Shown: one piece after another, positions 28,713 to 38,794 of the stretch | Numbering within the stretch: position 1 is the first letter of the stretch | Layout of the letters: every line of letters begins with the position of its first letter | NCBI GenBank assembly: GCA_044347345.1 | Contig: JBIKUX010000003.1 | Location: forward strand, 59,983-123,982 | Origin: Bdellovibrionota bacterium | Lineage (GTDB): Bacteria; Bdellovibrionota_C; UBA2361; JBIKUX01 | Direction of reading: 5' to 3' | Length of the DNA stretch: 64,000 nt | The notes under the pieces: generated by a model | What the model was told of the DNA's origin: nothing | The model's database searches: none | The model's input: the letters and a program-made list of their open reading frames with translations, nothing else | Program-made: the position numbers and the translations under genes

Positions 28713-29123
28713 CTACTTCCATAACGAAAATTTGGCGGTGATCGGATCTAGGGCTTCTTTTGGGCCAAACATGCAGAGTCCGTAGTAGTTGAGGTCCTCA
28801 TCTGCTAACGCACCTGTTCTCTCTATCTGCTCGATATGGCTACCACCAGTCATTGACTCCACGAAATCAACAAAGAGTATCCCTTGATGTTGAGCCGCTA
28901 ATTTGGCTTACCGCACTTTATTGCTGTTGTCAGCTCGCAGCACTATCAGGGAGAGGCTAGAGACAGGATGGGGATTGCCATCCTTGTCGTGGTAGTCAAC
29001 AGATTGCATCTGCTCTCTTAAATCAGTCGGAGCCTTGTTTACTAGCGCTGCCGTCATATGGCTAGCAGCATTCAGCGCCACACCGGTATCAAGCTTTTTA
29101 TTAAGTACCACGATAGACTTCAT
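28713..29123 (-). pseudogene. DUF2000-family (PTH2-like fold) gene with in-frame TAA at 28908-28910
   Basis: MKSIVVLNKKLDTGVALNAASH...DYHDKDG...NKVR*AKL...EDLNYYGLCMFGPKEALDPITAKFSLWK*; frame continues through the stop to a family-typical C-terminus. Confidence 0.75.
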
Positions 29124-29364
29124 CGATTCGTTACCATAACTTCCGTTCTCCTTGTCTGCGAAGCCATATCTACAATGGGCCTCCTTTGCCGCAGAGGCTG
29201 TCAAAGTTTTATGTACTACCACTTTCTCCAGCCATCTACATACTTGTAGCCAGTACTAACTGGAGCATAAGTGAACTCTCAATTCAAAATGAGGAGAGTG
29301 CGACCAAGCCGACGTGAGCCAGGCAGGGGTGATATCTCTAGCTCATTTCTAAAAAAACCTTACG

Positions 29365-29384
29365 GACTGACTGACTGACTGACT
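29365..29384. repeat. (GACT)5 microsatellite
   Basis: gactgactgactgactgact read directly. Confidence 0.95.
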
Positions 29385-29565
29385 GGTTTAATCATTGTGT
29401 TGAGCTGGATACTGGCACTCTCAGAAGGGGGGAGTTTTTCTATCTTGCTGATGCAGGCAGGTAACTCATGTCAATATGCGATTGAAATATTTGATCATTT
29501 GACCTAACATAATTGTCCAGTCGATGCGATATATTCATTAAGCCAACTGAACAAACTTGCAATCT

Positions 29566-30624
29566 ATGGATATAATTCGAGAATCTTATCTTAAGACGCT
29601 TGAAAAACGAGTCCGGGAGGTGCGTCCGTTACTCCAAGTATTGCTTGGTCCCCGTCAGATCGGAAAAACTACTCTGGCATTACAGCTTGCAGAGAGATAC
29701 GGCTAGGAGAAAGTTTTGTATGCAACTGCAGACCTGCCTGTTCCCCCAAACAATGCCTGGATAATTCAACAGTGGCAACAAGCTCGGGCAATCCCAGATG
29801 GGCTATTGATATTAGATGAGATTCAAAAGGTCTCTCAATGGAGCCAAGTTATAAAAATGCTCTTTGATGAGGATCGAATTAAGAAGGTATATTTGCCGGT
29901 CTTGATATTAGGGTCGGCTAGCTTGCAGTTACAAGATGGTCTTTCGGAGAGTTTATTGGGTCGTTACGAGATTACCCAGCTACCACACTGGGGTTATGCG
30001 GAGTGTCTAGAAGCGTTTCAGTGGGAACTAAATACCTACCTTCAATTCGGCGGGTACCCTGAGCCAGCACGTATGATCGCCGAGCCAGATCGGTGGCACC
30101 GTTTCATGATAGATTCAGTGATTGAACCGATATTAGGAAAAGACCTACCAACTATTCGACCAGTAACTAAGCCAGCTCTACTAAGACAAACTTTGAACTT
30201 AAGCTTGAGTTACCCGGCGCAAGAGATCTCACTTAGAAAATTTACGGGCGAATTGAGTGATCCGGGTAGTATTACCACCATCAAAGGATATCTTGAGCTT
30301 TTAGAGGGCGCTTTTCTAATTCGTCTGCTACACAAATATTCTACCCGACCATTCTCAACCAGAACTTCTTCTCCTAAAATCCTACCTCTTTGTCCAGCTC
30401 TAATATCATGCATGACCTCTACTCACCGCGTATTACATGACCACGACTGGCGAGGCCGAGTTTTTGAATCCGTCCTAGGTGCACGCCTACACAATTTATT
30501 TCGGGAGAACCTTTGGTATTGGCGACTTAAACGGGAATTAACTAGGCTCCTGGTGATTATGTACCCAAAATGTTGGCGTAGAGAAGTAGCGAGTAGCCCC
30601 TCCCCTGCCTTCTACCTGGAGTAG
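29566..30624 (+). pseudogene. AAA_14 ATPase / DUF4143-type gene with in-frame TAG at 29704 and lost C-terminus
   Basis: ATG 29566 gives Walker A GPRQIGKTT upstream of the stop; downstream LDEIQK, LGSA, ESLLGR, GGYP, GRVFES, YWR; expected EVD motif after YWR missing. Confidence 0.85.
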
Positions 30625-30883
30625 AGAGGCTATAGGGTTTATCGTGAGAAAGTCGCCTGTTCGCGCAAGCTGAGCAATGTAGTTGCTTGCATCAATAAGT
30701 GGCTTAAAAAGCCGAGGAATCAGTAGAAAATTGATTTTTACATAGTTTTTTCGAATTCTCAGCGAAAAAAGAGTTGTGAAAAAAAGAGTTGTGTGCGTCA
30801 CAAGTCTGAAATTATCCCCCCCTAAACTAGCTGTACTCTTCTGTCTTCAATTTAGTTTATTGTTTATCTTCTTTGAGGCAATC

Positions 30884-31283
30884 ATGAGCAAGCGAGCATC
30901 CCTCTGGGCATTTATTCATAGTTGGTACTGTTATATTGATTCCAGCCTTGAGTCTAGCCTGCACCCTAAGCGGGTGTGATCCGGAGGTGAACAAAATTCT
31001 GTGAAGAAATTCTGCGGCGATGTGCCGTAGGGATATGGGCAACTAGAAACATGTCTCTCCCAACATGAGCCTAAGCTATCTCCTAAATGTACCTTCGGCT
31101 AAAAAGTCTCTTGACAAGCAAGCTGATAAAGCAATCTCAGAATGTCAGCCCGACTTAATTAAGTTCCGCAACGATGTTCCCCAGGTAGAGGTTACCCACA
31201 AGGTATGCCAGAAGGCAAAAACAATCCTCTCCCCCGTCGTGTACAAGGAGTTTCGATGGGGTTTGATGATTGGAGAGGTATAG
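30884..31283 (+). pseudogene. Decayed secreted cysteine-rich-repeat protein (two repeats)
   Basis: Across frameshifts: signal-like ..ILIPALSLA, then CDPEV/KKFCGDVP*GYGQLETCLSQHEPKLSPKC and ECQPDLIKFRNDVPQ..C..LSP, fitting CxxDxxKFCxxVxxGxGxxxxCLxxHxxxLSxxC. Confidence 0.7.
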
Positions 31284-32008
31284 AGAGTAGATTGTTAATA
31301 CTATCTGGTCGTTACATCCTGAATTCAACTTGGAACGTGTGTTATTAGCTGCCGGTATACGACGTCGTGCCGGTATACGTGGCATCAGGATATTTACACA
31401 GGTACTGGGCAATCTGCACATACAGTCTCGTTCTCGTATCCCAGGCATCTTATTGTAAATTTTTAATAGGTTATAACTAAAGGTAGTAAATTCTATTTTT
31501 TCCAAAAAGCAAAATTATTGCCAAATGCCTTTAAAACTAGGAGTCTTTCATTAGATAAGTTTAGTACTACAGGTTTAAAAAGTGTTGAGTATCTGTTTTA
31601 AAAACTCATCATATATTCATTATTGTCCAAACTACCTAAGTTATAAGTAGTTAAAGTTATAAGTAGTTAAATTGACGAGAGGTAGTCATTGCTGAGTGGT
31701 TTGATAATGTTAAAAACAATTACTTTTTTAGTTTTGCTACTAAATTATTACTAGATGTTTCATATAGTTACATTGGTAATTTTAATTCTGCTGAGGCTGA
31801 ATTTACCGTTCAATACTTAATACCCAGCCAGTTGTTATTGTTATTTTTATCCAGTATTTAGCAACCCCCTTTTTAGGCGCTCAGCAATAGCACAATTTGG
31901 GTATAAAAAATAAAGTTAGTATATTTCTGAAAAAAAATAGGTTAAGACCTCATAACTTCTGTAAAAGAAGGTTTTAAGTAATTCCTCAAAGTTGACGTTT
32001 TTATAACC

Positions 32009-33544
32009 ATGGCCCAACCAGATGAACAAGTTGTAGGAACAAATAATCAAGACGCAGAAAGGCTACGTGCTGTAGAGCAAGGTAGTAAATACACACAAAA
32101 ATTAACAGAACTCCTCGGCAATACAGAGATTAATTCAAGCAGCGTAGGCGTAGCGCGTAGTAGTAATAATAACGAAAGGGCTCCTTCAGCTAATGAAATT
32201 CAAGTCCGAGCGAAAGGATCTTTAACTGGTTTAGAGCAGTTAAGTTCAAAACCAACGCAATTTGCAGGAAAAAACAACGCTGTTTCTTTCAGTAGACAAT
32301 CAGCCAACAAGTTTCAATCTCAGTTAGCACAACTGCGTGGTAATCAACAAGCAACAAAAGTGCCCGCCAGAGAAGCTAGTAATGTTCAGGCAGGACTTAA
32401 TAAGGCCACATCTAGCCAATTAATCTCAACTAAGCAGGCGTTAGCTAATTCGCGGTTTCAGCAAGCTCAGTTAGCTAGAAGGATTAACTCAGAGTTAAGA
32501 AGACAGCGAGCTAGAGAGGCTAAAGTTAGAGCTGAGACTGACAACCAGAGACAACAAAACGAGGAAGTAACCAAAAGTGGTCGCCAAAGAGACGGGTTAC
32601 TGAATAGCAATAATACTATTTCACTTGATCCATTTTTTAGGACTGATGGAGTCGACAATATCAAGCAGGTTGAGCAGAACCTCTCTGTAGGGGGTCTAGA
32701 TGGAGCATCTAGCTCATTACAATCAGAATTAAACAGAGCTTCTGCTCAAATTGGTATGAATGGTCTTTCAGCTCTTTACAATGGGTCAAGAGCTTTTATA
32801 GACCAAGTGACATCTAAGACTCTTACTAACTCTGGTCTAGCTAATTCGTCTGCTGAGGCCAGAGTTTTTACCGGTAACGGTAAAACGGGAGCATTAACAG
32901 TTTCTAATCGTGGTAATGTAGTTCAGCAGCCCACCCAGAAACACGAGCGACAACTGGCCTTATTGTCAGCGACCCAAATTTTTTCACAAGCTGATGAAGC
33001 GCGGCAAGAAATTGCTTTTATGAGTAGTCTTGCTGAGAAGCCTTTAACACAAGAACAAAAAAGTGCTAGAAGTAAACTTGCCAGTCTACAAAGTGCCTCT
33101 GATATTGATTTGTGTGCGATATTTGCTTTTCGTGATGGCGCAACGCAAAAAACAGCTCGCCGTAAATTTGCAGTTTTTCGTGGATTTTCTCTACTATCAC
33201 AAATGATAGCTTTCTGGATTATTTTAAGAGAAGCGCACGACTACATGCTTGTTGAGCTTGAAAAAATCGGTGGAGTGGGAATCATTCCTCCATCTCTTGA
33301 TTTAGGTGATTTTTTAAAAGAATTTGTAGACGTTTATGAACAAGCGCAGCAGATGTGCGTGGGAATGCCCCCCGAGGAAGCTCGAATTATAAGAGAAATA
33401 GGTCAATCAATCGACTTTACTTCTTTAAAGCAACAAGCTAACTCAATCTTGGAACTTTTTAATGATACCCTTGGAGATTCGCTAGAATTTGATTCTCATG
33501 AGCGCCCCCGTTACATAGAGATTGGAGGCGCAACAGGTCGCTAA
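32009..33544 (+). CDS. Hypothetical protein: Q/N/S-rich low-complexity and coiled-coil N-terminus, helical C-terminal domain
   Basis: 511-aa ORF; no recognised motif. Confidence 0.8.
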   Translation: MAQPDEQVVGTNNQDAERLRAVEQGSKYTQKLTELLGNTEINSSSVGVARSSNNNERAPSANEIQVRAKGSLTGLEQLSSKPTQFAGKNNAVSFSRQSANKFQSQLAQLRGNQQATKVPAREASNVQAGLNKATSSQLISTKQALANSRFQQAQLARRINSELRRQRAREAKVRAETDNQRQQNEEVTKSGRQRDGLLNSNNTISLDPFFRTDGVDNIKQVEQNLSVGGLDGASSSLQSELNRASAQIGMNGLSALYNGSRAFIDQVTSKTLTNSGLANSSAEARVFTGNGKTGALTVSNRGNVVQQPTQKHERQLALLSATQIFSQADEARQEIAFMSSLAEKPLTQEQKSARSKLASLQSASDIDLCAIFAFRDGATQKTARRKFAVFRGFSLLSQMIAFWIILREAHDYMLVELEKIGGVGIIPPSLDLGDFLKEFVDVYEQAQQMCVGMPPEEARIIREIGQSIDFTSLKQQANSILELFNDTLGDSLEFDSHERPRYIEIGGATGR

Positions 33545-33607
33545 TTAAGGGGATCGTTAATCTGAGTGTGTACGATTGAGTCCAAGATTTAGGAGTTTTA
33601 CAAACCT

Positions 33608-34072
33608 GTGGGAATAATTCGAAAAAAAAAAGAAGGTAGCTCAACTAGCTCAGATTCAGACTCGCTATTAAAAGAAAAAAAGATAGTTAACGAGCCTGCT
33701 AATATACCTTATCAGGAAATTTTCAATATTGAGATAAATGGTTGGTGTCACGGTTTATCTCAATATCCAGGAGAGATATCTCAAACACTAGTCTTTAGTG
33801 CAGTACAGGCGTTAGGTGCATCTTTTCGTAGGGCAATACTTGAAAAATCAACAATAGATATACCTGATATTGCCAACAGGCTTTCTAAAGCGTCAAAGTA
33901 TCTTGTAAGTGAGCAAGATATAGTGCTTAGAATTTTGGCCAATTTCCCTCATCCTAGTAGTGTAGACGCTGAGTCTCAACAAATAATGGGGCAGATAATT
34001 GATCAAGTTGACCGGAAATTTAAGGGTATCAAAAGTCTTTTAGAGTTAAAATGGCAAAAAAATACGGAATGA
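33608..34072 (+). CDS. Hypothetical protein
   Basis: 154-aa ORF with GGAG upstream of GTG; no recognised motif. Confidence 0.7.
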   Translation: MGIIRKKKEGSSTSSDSDSLLKEKKIVNEPANIPYQEIFNIEINGWCHGLSQYPGEISQTLVFSAVQALGASFRRAILEKSTIDIPDIANRLSKASKYLVSEQDIVLRILANFPHPSSVDAESQQIMGQIIDQVDRKFKGIKSLLELKWQKNTE

Positions 34073-34132
34073 GAACGCTCAACGAGTAGTCTGTGATAAT
34101 CTTTGAAATTACTTTAGTTAATCTCACTTTAC

Positions 34133-34597
34133 TTACGGACGCGCAATAAGAGCTGCTCCGCATACCATCAGCGCAGATCCAATAATAAACTTAGAAGTTA
34201 TAATTCCGTTATTTTCTCTAAAAAAAAGGATTCCCAAAATTATTGATACGAGCAGATTTAAATTTGTAATGGGCGCTAAAATTGAGATAGGAATGCTTAA
34301 CTTACTCATACCATAGGAGAAGCACAGCATCGATAAAGACCACACTGAGCCTGCGATTACCGCAAGTATTACACTATGAGACGATATTGATATTGGCATT
34401 AGATCAGAAAAAGAGAAACCAAATAAGGTAATACTGGCAAAAATAGTAGTTATAAATGCGCTAATCGATAGGATGATAAGAAATAGGGGAACTGCTAATC
34501 CGTAGCTAGTGCTAAGTTTTGTAAAAATACCGACCAGTCCAAAGCCAATTGCTGGAATAATCCCACCTAATATTATGCCAAAGATGTATGGGCTCAT
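34133..34597 (-). CDS. Small DMT/EamA-superfamily membrane protein
   Basis: About five TM segments; APITNLNLLVSIILGILFFRE is EamA-like. Confidence 0.75.
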   Translation of the reverse strand: MSPYIFGIILGGIIPAIGFGLVGIFTKLSTSYGLAVPLFLIILSISAFITTIFASITLFGFSFSDLMPISISSHSVILAVIAGSVWSLSMLCFSYGMSKLSIPISILAPITNLNLLVSIILGILFFRENNGIITSKFIIGSALMVCGAALIARP

Positions 34598-34720
34598 AAA
34601 TAGTTACTTAAAGTTTGTTAATTTTAAGATGAGTGTTTTATTCAGCTTATTACCGACTCTACAGTATCAAAAATTCAATCGTATAGGGAATAAATTATAA
34701 TTTTAGACTAGATAATATTC

Positions 34721-37363
34721 TCACTTATTTGGCAAATAGGTCTGATACCAAGCCTGGTAGTCGTTAACCATTATATCTAAAGAATGAGTATCACGGAGTT
34801 TTTGGGTATTCTCCCAATAACTACTCCTAAATCCACAAAAATCGGATTGTGAAGCCTTAATAATTTCAGTTACGGCACTGCTTGCGTGAGTTTTTGCGTT
34901 TATCGAAACTACCGATGAGTAATTTCTAAATGGCTCGTGTCCTGGTATATCTGATAAAACTGAAGGAACGCCGGTAACTAGGGCTTCGAGAGGTGCAAGT
35001 GGATAACCCTCGTATTCGGACAGCGATAAAAAAACAGAACCAGACTTAAGCCAATCTTGCGGATTGTCTGTCCCTCCGGCCCAGGCAATGTGACTACTAA
35101 GAGGCGATGAGTCACTAATTCTCATTAAATTCTCAGTCCACTCTTTATCGGTAGGCGGACCGACAAAAATTAAAAAACATTGCTCTCTAATTTCATGCTG
35201 GAGATTCTCCCAAAGAGCTAGCGCATGGTCTTGTCCTTTACCTGGATAGCATCGCGCAAGATAAATGATCCAGTGCAAATTAAGGACTTCTCTTGTTAAT
35301 TTGGGTAATTTTGAAAGTATTGGTATTAAATTGCTTTTATGGCTGAGCAGCGCCTCTTCAGATCTTACTGGAAGTGATGAGGGAACTACTACTCCAGTGG
35401 GAATTATCTTTACTAACCTAGGGTTAATACCCACTTGCTTATATTCGCTCTGCACAACTTCACTAACTGCACTTACTCCATCAGCACATTTAGTAAAAAT
35501 TTTTTCATAAGTTTTATATCGTTTATGTTTTGCTAGGTGAATAAAACTATGTTGGGTATGCAGAACTCTTGGGTTACGACCTGACCAGAAACTACCTAAA
35601 ATCCCGTAAATCAATCCTCCAAGATCATGAGTGTGAATGGCTGATATTTTATTTGATCTTATAATAGAGGAAATTTTGCGAATAACAGTGAATGAAAATC
35701 CTTTGCTTTTATTTAGAATCTCGACAGAAATACCTTTTTTTTCGAGGACTTCACGGAAGTTACTGTCAGCTTGTGAGAGGCAATGCTGATAAGCAAAAAT
35801 AATTGGTCGTACCATTCCTTTATCTTGTAAACCTGATGCAAGTGCAACTAAAAGCTTTTCAAGCCCTCCCGTGTATAAAGTTTGGGTAATCAATAAAACT
35901 TTTGGAGCTTTGTTTCCTGAGTGGATTAAAGGGCGCATGGAATCCCACCAAATAAAAAGTGAGATAAGGCCAAAAATTCCGCCAGAGACAGCAAACCATA
36001 TTTTATCATTAACGAAAAAAGATCGAAGATAAATACTTACTAAAATTAAGACAGCCGTTATTAAAGCTATTCGCAGGATGTGATAGAAAGGCAAACATCG
36101 CGCTATATTTGTGGAAAATGTGCGAGCTGTGTCTCTTAGAGCTAGTATTCGAAGAAGAATGTTTCCTGACACGGCTCCAATGAGTGCTCCTTGAGTACCT
36201 GCAATAAGTGCAAGCCCGATTGATGCAATTAATGTCCATACAGCTGATATGGCAAATGAACGTAATATCCACTTAGCATCTCCTCGAGCACGAGCTGTGG
36301 CATTCTCGGGGATGCAGAGACACAAGTAGGAAATTGAAAATAAACGTAAAATATTTGTTGCTTGATGATATTGGTCGGTAAAAAGAACTTCTATTATCGG
36401 TTTGGCGAACAGAATAAGTCCACCAGTTACGGGTATCATCAAAACCATTAGGGTAGCTACAGCTTCGCGGTATTCTGTGCGACCTTGTTCAATTAACCCT
36501 TCATTGAGGGATTTTGATAGCGATGGGATTAAGACTCTAGTTACTGATTGCTCAATCGTAAAAATCGGAGCTAGGCTTAGGCATCCGATTGCATACAATG
36601 CAAAATCGCTCTTGGATAGAAAATAGGAAAGAAACAGCTGATCCGTATTTCTTACAAGTATTGCACATAGTCCCGCGATTGATACAGGGATAGAGTATGT
36701 AATTATTTTTGTTAAAAGGCGTTTCGAATCTCTCGGCAAAGCAAATAATTTGTAGCGAAACCCAAATAATATTCCAATTGTAGCTTTTGCTACTGAAAGT
36801 ATAGTAAAAGCTTCTATCATCAGGGTAACTGAACGAGTTACGGCAAGTGTAATGAGTAGTCCACCGATTCTCACTGCTTCTGATATTGCTCCGTAGAGTG
36901 CACCATGCCAACGGAATCCACTAGCTATTGCTATTTCTTCGTATAATGAACCTATGATAGAGCTGACCATGCTTATGCAGAAAAGACTTAATAAACTTGT
37001 GTGATTTGAGAAAAACGGTAATGAGGAAGGGTCAATAAGAATCAGTAAAAGTAGCGAAGCTAAAAGAGTCAATGCAGTAGCAGATACAAGTGTAATTGAA
37101 AAAGCCTCACGTTTTTCCGGCAAACCCGCCCAAAATGCTATTCCACTCATCAGACCATTTGTAAGAGTGAGGGCTGGTGCAACTGCTAGATATAGAAAAA
37201 AGACCTTAAATTCTCCAACCTCTGATGGAGAGAGAAGTCGCACAATCACTAGTGGCAGTACAATGCTTGTAAATGATGACAGAGCACCCAAAAGTGTTAC
37301 TGGCCAATGTGTTTGACCAAAGATATTGAGGGCTGTTAATTTGAATTTGTTTGCTTTTTGCAC
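34721..37363 (-). CDS. Fusion: Wzx/MOP-type oligosaccharide flippase + GT4 glycosyltransferase
   Basis: N-terminal ~470 aa multi-TM with VRLLSPSEVGEF and TDQLFL; C-terminal GGLEK, HTH, KGQD, SEYEGYPLAPLEA (EX7E) motifs. Confidence 0.88.
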   Translation of the reverse strand: MQKANKFKLTALNIFGQTHWPVTLLGALSSFTSIVLPLVIVRLLSPSEVGEFKVFFLYLAVAPALTLTNGLMSGIAFWAGLPEKREAFSITLVSATALTLLASLLLLILIDPSSLPFFSNHTSLLSLFCISMVSSIIGSLYEEIAIASGFRWHGALYGAISEAVRIGGLLITLAVTRSVTLMIEAFTILSVAKATIGILFGFRYKLFALPRDSKRLLTKIITYSIPVSIAGLCAILVRNTDQLFLSYFLSKSDFALYAIGCLSLAPIFTIEQSVTRVLIPSLSKSLNEGLIEQGRTEYREAVATLMVLMIPVTGGLILFAKPIIEVLFTDQYHQATNILRLFSISYLCLCIPENATARARGDAKWILRSFAISAVWTLIASIGLALIAGTQGALIGAVSGNILLRILALRDTARTFSTNIARCLPFYHILRIALITAVLILVSIYLRSFFVNDKIWFAVSGGIFGLISLFIWWDSMRPLIHSGNKAPKVLLITQTLYTGGLEKLLVALASGLQDKGMVRPIIFAYQHCLSQADSNFREVLEKKGISVEILNKSKGFSFTVIRKISSIIRSNKISAIHTHDLGGLIYGILGSFWSGRNPRVLHTQHSFIHLAKHKRYKTYEKIFTKCADGVSAVSEVVQSEYKQVGINPRLVKIIPTGVVVPSSLPVRSEEALLSHKSNLIPILSKLPKLTREVLNLHWIIYLARCYPGKGQDHALALWENLQHEIREQCFLIFVGPPTDKEWTENLMRISDSSPLSSHIAWAGGTDNPQDWLKSGSVFLSLSEYEGYPLAPLEALVTGVPSVLSDIPGHEPFRNYSSVVSINAKTHASSAVTEIIKASQSDFCGFRSSYWENTQKLRDTHSLDIMVNDYQAWYQTYLPNK

Positions 37364-37426
37364 TATTGAACGGCAAGTTTAGGCAAGATAAGGTTTTTGA
37401 TTGATAAACGAGCTTCTGCAAAAAAT

Positions 37427-38794
37427 TTAAGATATTTTGATTACATTTGGAGTTACCTTATTTCCTATTTTATCGCCAAATAAAATTACTAAAACTGTTT
37501 TCACTGCAATTATTAAATCTAACCTCGGTGACGAATGCTGTATGTAGTATAGGTCGAATTCAAGTTTAGTTCGAGATTCTTCGACAGAGCCCGCATAACC
37601 AGCAAATGTTTGAGCCCACCCTGTAATACCTGGTCTTACTAAAGTGCGCATTGAAAAAAGTGGAATTTTTTCCTGAATCATTTTGTATATTTCCGGTCTT
37701 TCAGGTCTAGGTCCAAAAAATCCCATCTCTCCTTTCACTACATTCCAAAGTTGAGGGATTTCATCTATGCGAGTGCGACGGAGTATTCGCCCAAGAGGGG
37801 TAACTCGCTCATCATTTTTGCTGCTCCACTGAGGTCCAGATATCTCTGCATCAGTGCGCATTGATCGAAATTTTACAATACTAAAAGGTCTACCAAGATA
37901 ACCTATTCTAATTTGCCTAAAAAAAATTGGACCTGGACTAGACTGACGTATCGCCAATGCTACGATTATAAGAAATGGAGAAAGAATAACAAGCAGCACT
38001 AGGGCTATAAGTGGTTCTAATAAAATTTTCCCCCCGTTAAACACACGAACAATAAAAGTTTGCGGAGTACCTCCAGTAAAAAATGACCATGGCTCAATGT
38101 ATTGTAATCTGACCCTTCCTACTAAGTTGTTTGATAATTCTACAAAGTCTACCACTGGAATACCCGCTAAGTGTGCTCGAATTATAGTGGCATCTAATGT
38201 TGTATTAGTAGCAGCTCCTCTGGAGATAATTATTAAATCAATGTTGTGCTCATAACGTTGATAAATATGCTCTCTTAGAGCTTTTGGCGGTAGCACTTCT
38301 ATATGCTTAGAAAGCCCGAGAAGCGATAGCTCGTGAACCAGCAGGTCGCGTTCAGAGGGTAATGTATAAAATATTACTTTGAGAGTAGTTCCGCTTTTTA
38401 TCAGTAACCAACCGATAAAGAAATGAGCTAAAAATAAAGCTCCACCAGCAAATATTCCCCCGATAGCTATCGGAATAATTCGTGCGACTGATACTTGAAA
38501 TACAACTCTTATGCCGATATCAACTATGACTCCTGCGATGGGAAGAGCAATCATTGCAGTTACCACATCGCTCGGGCGCGGCTGAATACGCAATGAGTTA
38601 AAATAATTTAAAGACCTAAGTAAGTTGATAGATGCTACAGTAGATGAGAATGTAAAAAGTAAGTTTAGCCATGAATTTAAGTACGAACTCTCCTGTGTGA
38701 TAGCTAAAACGGCACTCCAGGCACAAAACACAATGAGCCAAATATGAAGGTTGCCGCGTAAAACTCGAGCGAGAATATAATCAATTAGTTCCAT
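37427..38794 (-). CDS. Priming polyprenyl-phosphate sugar phosphotransferase (WcaJ/WbaP-like)
   Basis: GPIFFRQ.R.G, KFRSM, LRRTRIDEIPQLWNV.KGEM, GPRPE, RPGITGWAQ, DLYYI. Confidence 0.93.
   Translation of the reverse strand: MELIDYILARVLRGNLHIWLIVFCAWSAVLAITQESSYLNSWLNLLFTFSSTVASINLLRSLNYFNSLRIQPRPSDVVTAMIALPIAGVIVDIGIRVVFQVSVARIIPIAIGGIFAGGALFLAHFFIGWLLIKSGTTLKVIFYTLPSERDLLVHELSLLGLSKHIEVLPPKALREHIYQRYEHNIDLIIISRGAATNTTLDATIIRAHLAGIPVVDFVELSNNLVGRVRLQYIEPWSFFTGGTPQTFIVRVFNGGKILLEPLIALVLLVILSPFLIIVALAIRQSSPGPIFFRQIRIGYLGRPFSIVKFRSMRTDAEISGPQWSSKNDERVTPLGRILRRTRIDEIPQLWNVVKGEMGFFGPRPERPEIYKMIQEKIPLFSMRTLVRPGITGWAQTFAGYAGSVEESRTKLEFDLYYIQHSSPRLDLIIAVKTVLVILFGDKIGNKVTPNVIKIS

Noticed and set aside
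29365-29384. (GACT)5 as a phase-variation switch
   Set aside because: Lies in non-coding DNA between two pseudogenes with no intact target gene
190-31030. Stop-codon reassignment (TAA/TAG read as Gln)
   Set aside because: Conserved genes such as flhA, fliA, rfbA, pdhA and ilvB end at TAA/TAG at their expected C-termini, and two of the interrupted genes carry additional lesions
28036-32008. tRNA/integrase-anchored prophage or ICE
   Set aside because: No tRNA fold, integrase or att-like direct repeat recognised
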